Of a stretch of DNA of 64,000 nt, positions 34,701 to 43,438 are shown piece by piece. The first letter of the stretch is position 1. Every line of letters starts with the position of its first letter. The notes beneath the pieces are model-generated. The model saw only the letters and a program-made list of their open reading frames with translations, was not told the origin of the DNA and did no database searches. Source of the DNA: Chthonomonadales bacterium (GTDB lineage Bacteria > Armatimonadota > Chthonomonadetes > Chthonomonadales > CAJBBX01); the NCBI GenBank assembly GCA_027459625.1, contig DAIDHP010000002.1, forward strand, positions 209,279-273,278, written 5' to 3'. The position numbers and the translations under genes are program-made.

Positions 34701-35141
34701 TTGCAATTCCCTGAGAATAAAGCATTATTGGTAAAATCGATCCGCGCACATGGGCTAACCCATTATAGGCAGCATCAGGACGCCGCCGCCAGAGTGCTTA
34801 AGGAGATGATTGCCAAAAACAATATAGGGCTTTCCCGTAAACTACAGCGCAGCCTTGGTTCCACGAATATTATAGAGTTTGCGAGCAGCGGAGTAAAGCG
34901 CCGAACTGGTCGAATAGAAATGTGGTGTGACGGATCAATCATCAAGTGTTGGGTTGAAGTTCGTTTCTTGATGCAGGAAAAAGGTTTCGCAGAATCTTTG
35001 GCTGCGAAGATATTTGGATGCTTGGAGTGGCATTCAGAGAGAATATTGACATTCAGGAGAAAAGAGCGTAATAATGAAAATAGTCACGAGTCATTTCCCA
35101 CGATAGCGGGGACATTTCCTGGACAAACCCTGCCACTTTAG
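34701..35141 (+). pseudogene. degenerate C-terminal fragment of a DDE transposase (IS remnant)
   Basis: ...AAARVLKEMIAKNNIGLSRKLQRSLGSTNIIEFASSGVKRRTGRIEMWCDGSIIKCW... resembles the conserved ...SL.EGL.ETLT...LGL...L.RSL.sTN.IES....vr.rt.rVkrW.dG.M.lRW... C-terminal block of a bacterial IS transposase family. There is no catalytic N-terminal part, and it sits in an AT-rich 0.8-kb intergenic gap. Confidence 0.3.
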
Positions 35142-35177
35142 CGAAACGCTTGCCTGCATTGTTTTAGGAGCATTCAA

Positions 35178-36491
35178 ATGAACCGTTTATTTCCACTCGC
35201 CTTCATACTATTGGCTGGTTTATTCAATGTCCCGCTCTGTGCGGCAACACCTACCTACGCTAAACCGAAATTGGTGCGAGAGGTATTGAATGGTAAACGG
35301 AACGTTGCGCGCGTCTCATGGTGGGGATTCGATCCAAAGGACTCGACCGAATTTCTGCAGAGCGCCATTAACTCCAAGGTCAAGAAGCTCATCATCGATC
35401 GGCAGAAATCGGCTTGGGTTACTCGGCCCCTGACAGGTGTAAGTAATCAGGAGATAGTTTTCGAGAAGGGAACGGAACTGATTGCTCTCAAAGGCGCATT
35501 CCAATCCAAGGACGACTGTCTTATTTCATTTCCACAGTGTGAAAATATAATTATTCGCGGGGAAAAGAAAGACTGCGGCAAATCGGAGCACATCCGAATG
35601 CATAAACAAGACTATGAATCTCCTGCCTACGAGCATTCGGAGTGGCGGCATGGGATTGCACTCTACGGATGCCGAAACGTACTAATTCAAGACCTTGCTA
35701 TCGAAGAGACAGGCGGAGATGGTATTTACCTTGGCGACTTCGATGGCAAACATGTCAATCAAAATGTTGTGATTCGGCGTGTCGATTGCAATGATAACTA
35801 TCGCAATGGAATCAGCGTTATCAGCGCGGAAAATCTTCTAATTGAGGATTGCCTCTTGCGTAATACCAGTGGTACTGAACCACAATCCGGCATTGATTTT
35901 GAGCCCAACAGTCCTGACGAATTGCTGGTGAACTGCGTCATGCGTAACTGTATCGCGGAAGGCAATGCCGGAATAGGGTACGAGATATGTCCGCAGTCTA
36001 TGAACAGCAGTTCAAAACCCATCTCGATTAATCTGGTGAACTGTGTCTCCGGCAACAACCGTGAACATGCGATAGATTTGTGCAGCGCAGTGAAGAACCC
36101 TCCTGCAGGTCTGTTGCGTATTAGTCATTTCACATCAACAAGTGATGGAATGGCGGGGCTCGCGATGCAGTTTAATCCTTACGACGCCGTGCGCATTGAG
36201 GTCGAGGATTCGCTGTTTTGTGATGACGCTCTCGATGATAATTTCTTTCCCCCGATCTATATTCAAGTTGACTCGAAAAATCGTCCCGCAGGAGGCATCA
36301 GCTTCAAGCATGTGACGGTTAAAGATGACATCGACCGCCCTTTTATCAAGATTGTTGAGCCCAAGGGAAACATGCCGAAAGACATGTCAGGGGATATTAC
36401 CCTTGAGCGCAACGGAAGAAGAGAGCGAATTATTATAGACAAAGCGTGGCTGCTCCGCTATCTCGCGATACCGCCAATATCGCGTGGGTAA
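35178..36491 (+). CDS. secreted right-handed parallel beta-helix repeat protein (pectate-lyase fold; glycosidase/lyase-like)
   Basis: Signal peptide MNRLFPLAFILLAGLFNVPLCA. Repeated beta-helix turns (GIALYGCRNVLIQDLAIEETGGDGIYLG, NGISVISAENLLIEDCLLRNTSGTEPQSGIDFEPN, NCIAEGNAGIGYEI). Confidence 0.65.
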   Translation: MNRLFPLAFILLAGLFNVPLCAATPTYAKPKLVREVLNGKRNVARVSWWGFDPKDSTEFLQSAINSKVKKLIIDRQKSAWVTRPLTGVSNQEIVFEKGTELIALKGAFQSKDDCLISFPQCENIIIRGEKKDCGKSEHIRMHKQDYESPAYEHSEWRHGIALYGCRNVLIQDLAIEETGGDGIYLGDFDGKHVNQNVVIRRVDCNDNYRNGISVISAENLLIEDCLLRNTSGTEPQSGIDFEPNSPDELLVNCVMRNCIAEGNAGIGYEICPQSMNSSSKPISINLVNCVSGNNREHAIDLCSAVKNPPAGLLRISHFTSTSDGMAGLAMQFNPYDAVRIEVEDSLFCDDALDDNFFPPIYIQVDSKNRPAGGISFKHVTVKDDIDRPFIKIVEPKGNMPKDMSGDITLERNGRRERIIIDKAWLLRYLAIPPISRG

Positions 36492-36520
36492 CGTGTTGTA
36501 TTTACAGTGAATCGCGTCAT

Positions 36521-38269
36521 TTATATTTTCCACACCCCCATATCATCCACATACACCTTCGCCTCCAACGGGGTGATCTCCAAGTCGAAGAATGCGGCGG
36601 AGGGATCGGTCACTCTAAGCGTACCCTCAAGCTTGGACCACTTGTCGTCTACGCCTCCCTGTGCGATAGGTTGATACCTTCCCAGCCACCTCTCCTCTTT
36701 ATCGAAAAGAGCCGCCTGGATGGACGCCTTGCCATAGACCCACACGGAGACTCGATAGCTTTTCCCGGCTTCCACGCGAATATGGTTATCGAATCGGTTC
36801 CTCCATGGAATTCCCGGTTCCAGCATCTTCGTCTTGACGCCCTCCTGAGCCTTCGTTAGGAGCAGGGCGCGCCTTCCGCCGTGCACCACTGTGGTCTCAT
36901 AGATCGCCGGGGCGCCGTCGAAGCAGACCCACCCCCAATCCCGCTCGAAACCCGGGTTGATGATCAGGTTGCGACCCTGACGAGCGATCCGCTTCTCAAG
37001 ATGAGCCGGAATGTCCGGGTAATCCATCTTAGCTTTTTCGTTCGTTGTCGGCTTGGGATGATCGAAACGCTTCATAGAAGGGAAAAAGGCGCGCTGCATC
37101 GCGTCCAGATAGGCGCAGCCGCGCTGTTCGGTGGGTTCGATATAGGATCCTTCTCCAAACTCGTTCCATGTGCCGATCAGGATCATATTCAACTTCGGAT
37201 TCGCATCAGCCTTGAGCGTTTCGCACATTTTTTGAAAATCTCGTGGTGTCGAACCGGTGCGCACGACGCCGTTTGCTCCGTACCATGCCCGTGAATCCCA
37301 CCCCGGTGAGACGCACGGTATGACTGGCAAATCCCCGCTTCGCGCGGCGGTGTTCCATATCGGAGCGACCGTGGGGAGAATGGTGTCGTAAGGGGCTTCA
37401 TGCGTGCCTGGTTTCATGCCGTCGGTCGAGTAGCCATAGAGGGTGCATGCATCAAATCCTGCGTTACGCAGATTGGTAAGATTGGCGAGAGACGGGGATT
37501 GGATGCCGACAAAAATAAGACCTCCCCACGGCTTCGCCTCCTCGTTCATCGCCGCCAACTCTTTCTTGCACCCCTCCACACCGAAACATTGGATCAGCCG
37601 GTCAGGACGGGAGATTACGAGGATGTTCCCGCCATCCGGAGCCTTCAGGTAGTCGCCTTGATCAAGGTAGCGCGATCCTATCGTTCGGACCATTCGGAAC
37701 AACTGCTCGTGCGTGTAGTCGGGAGAAGCGCTAGATTCGTTGCACCACATAATGGCGAACTTCATCCGGTTTCGCAGGGATGCGTGCAGAAACCCCTCGT
37801 CAAGGGCGGCGTTGTCACGGAAAACGGTGTCGGTCTGGCGGTCGTAATACCAGTCAAAAATCCAGAAGGATATTCCATGGTTCGTCGCCTGGCGGATATG
37901 CCAGTCCTGTGTGAGGGGCGAGGCATCGTTGTAATATCCAAGGATGGGGGTGCGACCGCCATAATCCACAATGGGAGCCCAGCGATCCGCCGTAAACCAT
38001 CCGGGAAAGTAGAAGCAACCGACTTTCAATGGATGTGTTTGGGCGAATATGGATGGCAAAGGAAGCGTGAGGAACAAAACGATAAGGATGGCATATGCCC
38101 ATTGAACGTATGGAAAACGAACTCCTGACAAAGGTCGGCAATGGGCGACATGGCAACCATGATGACTGTGACGGGGTTCCTCAAACGGTCCGAGGAGACT
38201 GTTAAGACGACGCATGGTGATTGCGATAGAGTTCATATATTTTGCAATGTGAAAAAAGCTCGACTCCAA
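36521..38269 (-). CDS. GH99-like/WbsX-like glycoside hydrolase domain protein with C-terminal CBM4_9-like module
   Basis: VGCFYFPGWFTADRWAPIVDYGGRTPILGYYNDASPLTQDWHIRQATNHGISFWIFDWYY is the WbsX/GH99-like pattern. C-terminal NLIINPGFERDWGW... carbohydrate-binding-like module. The start is uncertain; a signal-like WAYAILIVLFLTLPLPSIFA begins about 60 codons in. Confidence 0.55.
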   Translation of the reverse strand: MESSFFHIAKYMNSIAITMRRLNSLLGPFEEPRHSHHGCHVAHCRPLSGVRFPYVQWAYAILIVLFLTLPLPSIFAQTHPLKVGCFYFPGWFTADRWAPIVDYGGRTPILGYYNDASPLTQDWHIRQATNHGISFWIFDWYYDRQTDTVFRDNAALDEGFLHASLRNRMKFAIMWCNESSASPDYTHEQLFRMVRTIGSRYLDQGDYLKAPDGGNILVISRPDRLIQCFGVEGCKKELAAMNEEAKPWGGLIFVGIQSPSLANLTNLRNAGFDACTLYGYSTDGMKPGTHEAPYDTILPTVAPIWNTAARSGDLPVIPCVSPGWDSRAWYGANGVVRTGSTPRDFQKMCETLKADANPKLNMILIGTWNEFGEGSYIEPTEQRGCAYLDAMQRAFFPSMKRFDHPKPTTNEKAKMDYPDIPAHLEKRIARQGRNLIINPGFERDWGWVCFDGAPAIYETTVVHGGRRALLLTKAQEGVKTKMLEPGIPWRNRFDNHIRVEAGKSYRVSVWVYGKASIQAALFDKEERWLGRYQPIAQGGVDDKWSKLEGTLRVTDPSAAFFDLEITPLEAKVYVDDMGVWKI

Positions 38270-38421
38270 GATAACAGCGTCTATGGCTCATGCATGATCC
38301 TGTCTCAAACCTAATGGAATTTGGGCGGCGGCGGTCCAATAACCGCCGCCCACTCGATGCGAGAAAATCACCAACAACTCGTATCATGAACAAACAAGCT
38401 GAAAATGCAATGTTGATTGTC

Positions 38422-39510
38422 TCAGGACGAATTGGGAAGCGGCAAGGTTTTCCTTAAGTATTCTATGATCCGCGGAAACGCTTTGGAGTCATCGTGATCC
38501 ACGTTGATTTCAAGCATGAAATCCACCTTCACGCCGTTTTTATCAAGCGCATTCGCCAACTGAATGCTTTGCTGCAAAGGCACCCAGGTATCCAAGGTGC
38601 CATGCACGAAAAGAAACGGCGGAACATTTTCTTTTCGGTCTGCATAGGTGACAGGGCTCGCCCACTTCGCCTGTTTCGGTATGTCAGCCGCATTGCCAGT
38701 GAAGAATTTGCTCAAGTTGGGGTCCGTGGCAAGGCTGAAATTCTTCCACCACTGAAACATCGCCTCGCCCCAAATGGGAGGCTGAGCCAAGGAGGCATCC
38801 CAGACGGGCGGCGCAAAAAGCTTGTATGCCTCCTTGTCATCAGCCCACTTATTCACGATCTCCTGCCAGCGTTCCAGATCCGTGGGGCCGAAACCATCCA
38901 CCACCAACTGCACACGGCTGGATACTCCGGGGCTGCCGCAATCGCCTTCGAAATCCGCGATGCCCTCCGTAAGCCCCATCATTGCGGCGAGATGCCCGCC
39001 TGCGGAACAACCCCATACCCCGATGAGATCCGGATTAACGCCGTACTTTTTGGCGTTTGCGCGTATAAAACGCACTGCGCCTTTGCAATCCTGCAGTTGT
39101 GCGGGGAATGGCGCCTGACCCACCAGACGATATTCAACACTGGCTCCCACGTACCCGGCTTTGGAAACCAGGTAACAATGGGACATCATGTCCTCCCTGC
39201 TTCCGCCGCCCCAACCGCCGCCATGGAAAAAAAGAATCGCGGGCACGGGCTTATTTGGCTGCGGGTCCGGGATGGTAACATTCATTAGCAACGGAGTATT
39301 GCCAACGATGCCATATTGCACATTGTTATGCAGTGTGTAACCGTTAGCCGCATCCTTGCTGTGTTCATCGGAAGCCTCGCCCGCCACGGCTGGTTCCGAG
39401 GAGGTTAGGGCGATCGCGGTCAAGGCTTGAGCCCCGAGCGTTAATCCCATCGACGAAGCGGTCATTCCTTTCAGAAAATCACGGCGGGTGATGCTTTCAT
39501 TTGCAGACAT
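38422..39510 (-). CDS. Tat-exported alpha/beta hydrolase, esterase (HSL/carbohydrate-esterase-like)
   Basis: ITRRDFLKGMTASSMGLTLGAQALTA Tat signal. Oxyanion-hole motif FFHGGGWGGG. Nucleophile elbow GCSAGGHLA (GxSxG). Confidence 0.8.
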   Translation of the reverse strand: MSANESITRRDFLKGMTASSMGLTLGAQALTAIALTSSEPAVAGEASDEHSKDAANGYTLHNNVQYGIVGNTPLLMNVTIPDPQPNKPVPAILFFHGGGWGGGSREDMMSHCYLVSKAGYVGASVEYRLVGQAPFPAQLQDCKGAVRFIRANAKKYGVNPDLIGVWGCSAGGHLAAMMGLTEGIADFEGDCGSPGVSSRVQLVVDGFGPTDLERWQEIVNKWADDKEAYKLFAPPVWDASLAQPPIWGEAMFQWWKNFSLATDPNLSKFFTGNAADIPKQAKWASPVTYADRKENVPPFLFVHGTLDTWVPLQQSIQLANALDKNGVKVDFMLEINVDHDDSKAFPRIIEYLRKTLPLPNSS

Positions 39511-40009
39511 TCATTCACTCCTCGCAGATATGATGGAAATATGATGACTACCTTCACATAGTAAAATTAGCGTGACATCCTCTTCATATTACATTATTTC
39601 AGTCTCGTTATCCACATCTCATTTATTGCGGATATGTTTCCTCCTCCTCCTTTGGAATAGTTATTTTTTAATCGCCTCCCTTTTACTTTGACAGTTTAAA
39701 AGGCGTCTCGATTCGCCTTTTCCACATTTTCCATATCTCCACGTCCGTAGGAAAGTTAATACTCCGGCATCTTCAATCAACCTCTTGCTATGGATGGGCT
39801 ATGCTCTGTAAATCGATTTACCATTCGCAACCGTGAATAATTCGATTCATAACGCTTTTTCCAGGAGTTATGGGCGGTACAATAGAGTCAATAACGTTTC
39901 CCCGCTAAGCCACCTGAGGGCGAAACCCGTGTTTCGCCCATTTGGATGGCATGCGGAATGAGATCGTGTCAATGCAGCATTAACCACCTTTCATCACAAG
40001 GAGCGTATC

Positions 40010-43000
40010 ATGTCTGACATGAAGAGGCGAGACTTTCTAAAACTTCTGGGGTGGACCACGGCGGGAATCATGGCGTATCAGCCGATGGAGTCTCTCGGGC
40101 AAAACCCGCCATTGGCAGGCGAAGCCGGACACTTCAAGCAGGTGTCCATTTCCGAACTGGAACGGCAATTCGTGACCCCACCTGATGACGCGCGCATCTG
40201 GGTCTACTGGTTTTGGCTCAATGGGAACATCACCAAAGAGGGAGCGAAAGCGGATCTCGAGGCGATGAAACGCGTCGGAGTGGGAGGTGCGCTGATCATG
40301 GAGGTGGATCAAGGAGCGCCCCCCGGACCATTAAGCTTCTCCAGCCCGAAATGGCAAGAGATGTTCACCTACATCTGCAAGGAGGCGTCGAAGCTGGGCA
40401 TCAAGATCAACATGAACAACGATGGCGGATGGTGCGGAAGCGGCGGTCCTTGGGTTACCCCGGAACTCTCCATGCAGAGGGTGGTATGGACGGAGACAAA
40501 GGTCACCGGCGGCTCGCAAGTAAACCAGACCTTGTCTCAGCCCATCGCGGTGGATGGATTCTACAGGGATATCGCCGTGCTGGCTTTTCCCACCCCGTCC
40601 GATGACGCTTTTCGCATCCCAAACATAGAGGCATTGGCTGAGTTCGGTGTGCAGGATAACCTTCCCACAAACCCCGACTGGCAAGAAATCCCAGCCGAGC
40701 AATGCGTTGACAAAAAGGGGATCACAGATATCACCGGCAAGATGGATAAGCAGAGCCGCCTTGTATGGGACGCTCCGGAAGGGGATTGGACCATCGTCCG
40801 ATTCGGTCACACCACCACCGGCGTCACTAATCATCCCTCGCCGGTCGGGGGATTGGGATTGGAGACGGACAAGCTGAGCCAAAGAGCGACGGATTTCCAT
40901 TTCAACGCCCTTATGGGGAAACTGATCGATGACGTAGGCGACCTTGCGGGCGAGACACTAGTGTCCACTCACATCGACAGTTGGGAAACAGGCTCGCAGA
41001 ACTGGACTCCCACCTTCCGTCAGGATTTCAAGCGGTTAAGGGGCTACGATCCACTGCCCTTTCTGCCCGCCGTCACCGGAAGGGTGGTGGGATCGATGGA
41101 GATCACCCAGCGGTTTTTATGGGATTTTCGCAAAACTATCTCGGATCTTCTGGTGGAGAACTACTCCGCTCGTATGCGTGACCTCGCTGCGAAGCATGGC
41201 ATGCGGCTTTCGATAGAGGGCTACTCGGGCGTACCCGTGGATGAAATGAAATACGGGGGTTCGGCGGTCGAACCAATGGGGGAGCTGTGGTCGTGGGGGC
41301 GATACGGCGCATGGAACGTCATCGGCGAGATGACCAGCGCCGGGCATGTATATGGACACAGGATCATTGGGATGGAGACGTTCACCGCCGATAACAATGA
41401 AAAGTGGCAGGGCCATCCAGCCGTGGTGAAGGATATCGGAGATTGGGCTTTCTGCCAGGGAATTAACCGTTTTGTGGTTCATCGGTTCGCCATGCAACCC
41501 TGGGTGAACCCGCATTACGCTCCGGGAATGTCCATGGGACCGTGGGGCTTGCATTACGAGAGGACCGAGACATGGTGGGAACAGGCGAAAACTTGGCATG
41601 AGTATGTCGCACGCTGCCAGCATATACTCAGGCAGGGGGATTTTATTGCGGACATCTGCTACATGCAGCAGGAAGGCGGACCAAGTGCATTTCAGGCTCC
41701 AAACGTCACGGGACCAACACCCCGTCCGGGCTTCAATTACGACGGATGCCCTGCGGAAGCGGTGATCAAACTCATGCGCGTGAAAAACGGAAGGCTTACG
41801 CTTCCCGGAGGCATGAGCTATCGCGTTCTCGCACTGCCGGATTATAAAACGATGTCGCCGCAACTGCTGAGAAAGATCAAGGAATTGGTGGATGGCGGGG
41901 CGACCGTCGTGGGACCGCGCCCCGAGAAATCTCCGAGTCTCTCCGGTTATCCTCATTGCGACCAGGAGGTCGAGCAGCTTGTGGAGGAGCTTTGGAGCAA
42001 AGGGAAAATCATCTCAGACAGGACCCCTGAGAAGGTTTTGGAGGGTAAAGGCGTCTCACCCGATTTCACCTCCGATCATCATTTGAACTATATCCATCGG
42101 AAAACCAAGGATGCGGATATCTATTTCGTCGCCAATCCCAACGCATGGCCCGTGGAGGCGATCTGTACTTTTCGTGTGGAAGGCAGAGAGCCGGAGTTGT
42201 GGGATCCTCAGACCGGTAACAAAGAGGTCTCCAAGATTTGGGAGGAGTCTCTTGGCGGTGTGAAGGTTCACCTGCGTCTGGATTGGAAGGGATCGATTTT
42301 CGTTGTCTTCCGCCATGTGGCGCAAACGAAGGGGGAGATCGTGGAGATTCGGGAGAGCGGGAAGCCACTGATTAGCCTGAATCCGAGGAAGTCTCCGCCA
42401 TCCGCAATAAAAGTGATCAAGGCGATGTACGGTCCTCCGAACGATCCCGCTCGCACTCGAGACGAGACCTCCGTGGTGCAGCAATTGGTGGACGAGGGAA
42501 ATCGCGAATTTCCGGTCGTGCAGATCGCGGCGATCGCTGGAGACCCTGCGTTGAATATTGTGAAGACCTTACATATCGAATATCGCATGGATAACCGCAC
42601 AATCAACGCCAGTTACCAGGATGGGGAGGTTGTGCGGTTCTACTCTCCACCGGCGAATACGATACCTCCATTCATGGTTGTCTCCGATGAATTCGGCAGG
42701 GGGCACGGGCTTGTGTTTCAGGCGGGGAAATATGAGATCGTTCGGCATTCCGGCGCCGCGCTTAACCTTCATGTCAACGCTCCGCCGAAGTCGCTGGACC
42801 TTACCGAGAAATGGAATCTCGTCTTTCCACCCGGCTGGGGTGCGCCTCGGTTTGTCAGTCTGGATCGATTGGTATCCTGGTCGGAACATCCGGACGAGGG
42901 GGTGCGCTATTTCTCCGGCACGGGGAGATACCATAAGACCTTCACGGTTCCTTCGGAATACCTGAGAACGAATCGTCATGTTTTCCTGGACCTAGGCAAT

Positions 43001-43357
43001 GTGGAGGTAATGGCGCAGGTGTGGCTGAATGGAAAGGACTTGGGAGTCCTCTGGAAGCCTCCTTTCCGATTGGACATAACCTATCATTTGAAGCATGGGG
43101 AAAACAGCTTGGAAGTCGCCGTGACCAATCTTTGGATCAATCGAATGATAGGAGACGAGCAACTGCCGGAGGATAGCGACCGCAACCCCGACGGGACTTT
43201 GAAGCGTTGGCCGAAATGGCTGGAGGAGGGGCTTCCAAGCCCCACGGGGAGGCTTACTTTCACAACTTGGAGACTATGGCATAAAAACGATCCATTGGTT
43301 CCTTCGGGGTTGATTGGTCCGGTGAAGCTGTTTGTTGCGGAGAGAGTGGAGGTGTGA
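40010..43357 (+). CDS. Tat-exported large glycoside hydrolase, GH106-like (alpha-L-rhamnosidase family)
   Basis: KRRDFLKLLGWTTAGIMAY Tat signal. RIWVYWFWLNGNITKEGAKADLEAMKRVGVGGALIMEVD N-terminal pattern. C-terminal galactose-binding-like module FLDLGNVEVMAQVWLNGKDLGVLWKPPFRLDIT. The ~1100-aa size fits GH106-type proteins. Confidence 0.5.
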   Translation: MSDMKRRDFLKLLGWTTAGIMAYQPMESLGQNPPLAGEAGHFKQVSISELERQFVTPPDDARIWVYWFWLNGNITKEGAKADLEAMKRVGVGGALIMEVDQGAPPGPLSFSSPKWQEMFTYICKEASKLGIKINMNNDGGWCGSGGPWVTPELSMQRVVWTETKVTGGSQVNQTLSQPIAVDGFYRDIAVLAFPTPSDDAFRIPNIEALAEFGVQDNLPTNPDWQEIPAEQCVDKKGITDITGKMDKQSRLVWDAPEGDWTIVRFGHTTTGVTNHPSPVGGLGLETDKLSQRATDFHFNALMGKLIDDVGDLAGETLVSTHIDSWETGSQNWTPTFRQDFKRLRGYDPLPFLPAVTGRVVGSMEITQRFLWDFRKTISDLLVENYSARMRDLAAKHGMRLSIEGYSGVPVDEMKYGGSAVEPMGELWSWGRYGAWNVIGEMTSAGHVYGHRIIGMETFTADNNEKWQGHPAVVKDIGDWAFCQGINRFVVHRFAMQPWVNPHYAPGMSMGPWGLHYERTETWWEQAKTWHEYVARCQHILRQGDFIADICYMQQEGGPSAFQAPNVTGPTPRPGFNYDGCPAEAVIKLMRVKNGRLTLPGGMSYRVLALPDYKTMSPQLLRKIKELVDGGATVVGPRPEKSPSLSGYPHCDQEVEQLVEELWSKGKIISDRTPEKVLEGKGVSPDFTSDHHLNYIHRKTKDADIYFVANPNAWPVEAICTFRVEGREPELWDPQTGNKEVSKIWEESLGGVKVHLRLDWKGSIFVVFRHVAQTKGEIVEIRESGKPLISLNPRKSPPSAIKVIKAMYGPPNDPARTRDETSVVQQLVDEGNREFPVVQIAAIAGDPALNIVKTLHIEYRMDNRTINASYQDGEVVRFYSPPANTIPPFMVVSDEFGRGHGLVFQAGKYEIVRHSGAALNLHVNAPPKSLDLTEKWNLVFPPGWGAPRFVSLDRLVSWSEHPDEGVRYFSGTGRYHKTFTVPSEYLRTNRHVFLDLGNVEVMAQVWLNGKDLGVLWKPPFRLDITYHLKHGENSLEVAVTNLWINRMIGDEQLPEDSDRNPDGTLKRWPKWLEEGLPSPTGRLTFTTWRLWHKNDPLVPSGLIGPVKLFVAERVEV

Positions 43358-43438
43358 GGGAACACCCTCTTTCCTTATCCCCTCTCCTTTTCCCGGGGGA
43401 GGGGGTGAGGAGTTAGGAAAACTTCATCCTATCCACTT

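Noticed and set aside
39917-39938. Perfect 9-bp hairpin gggcgaaac-ccgt-gtttcgccc upstream of the GH106-like gene as a terminator or riboswitch
   Set aside because: There is no following T-tract and no surrounding conserved-looking structure. It could be an operator or an mRNA element, but the sequence alone does not support a call.
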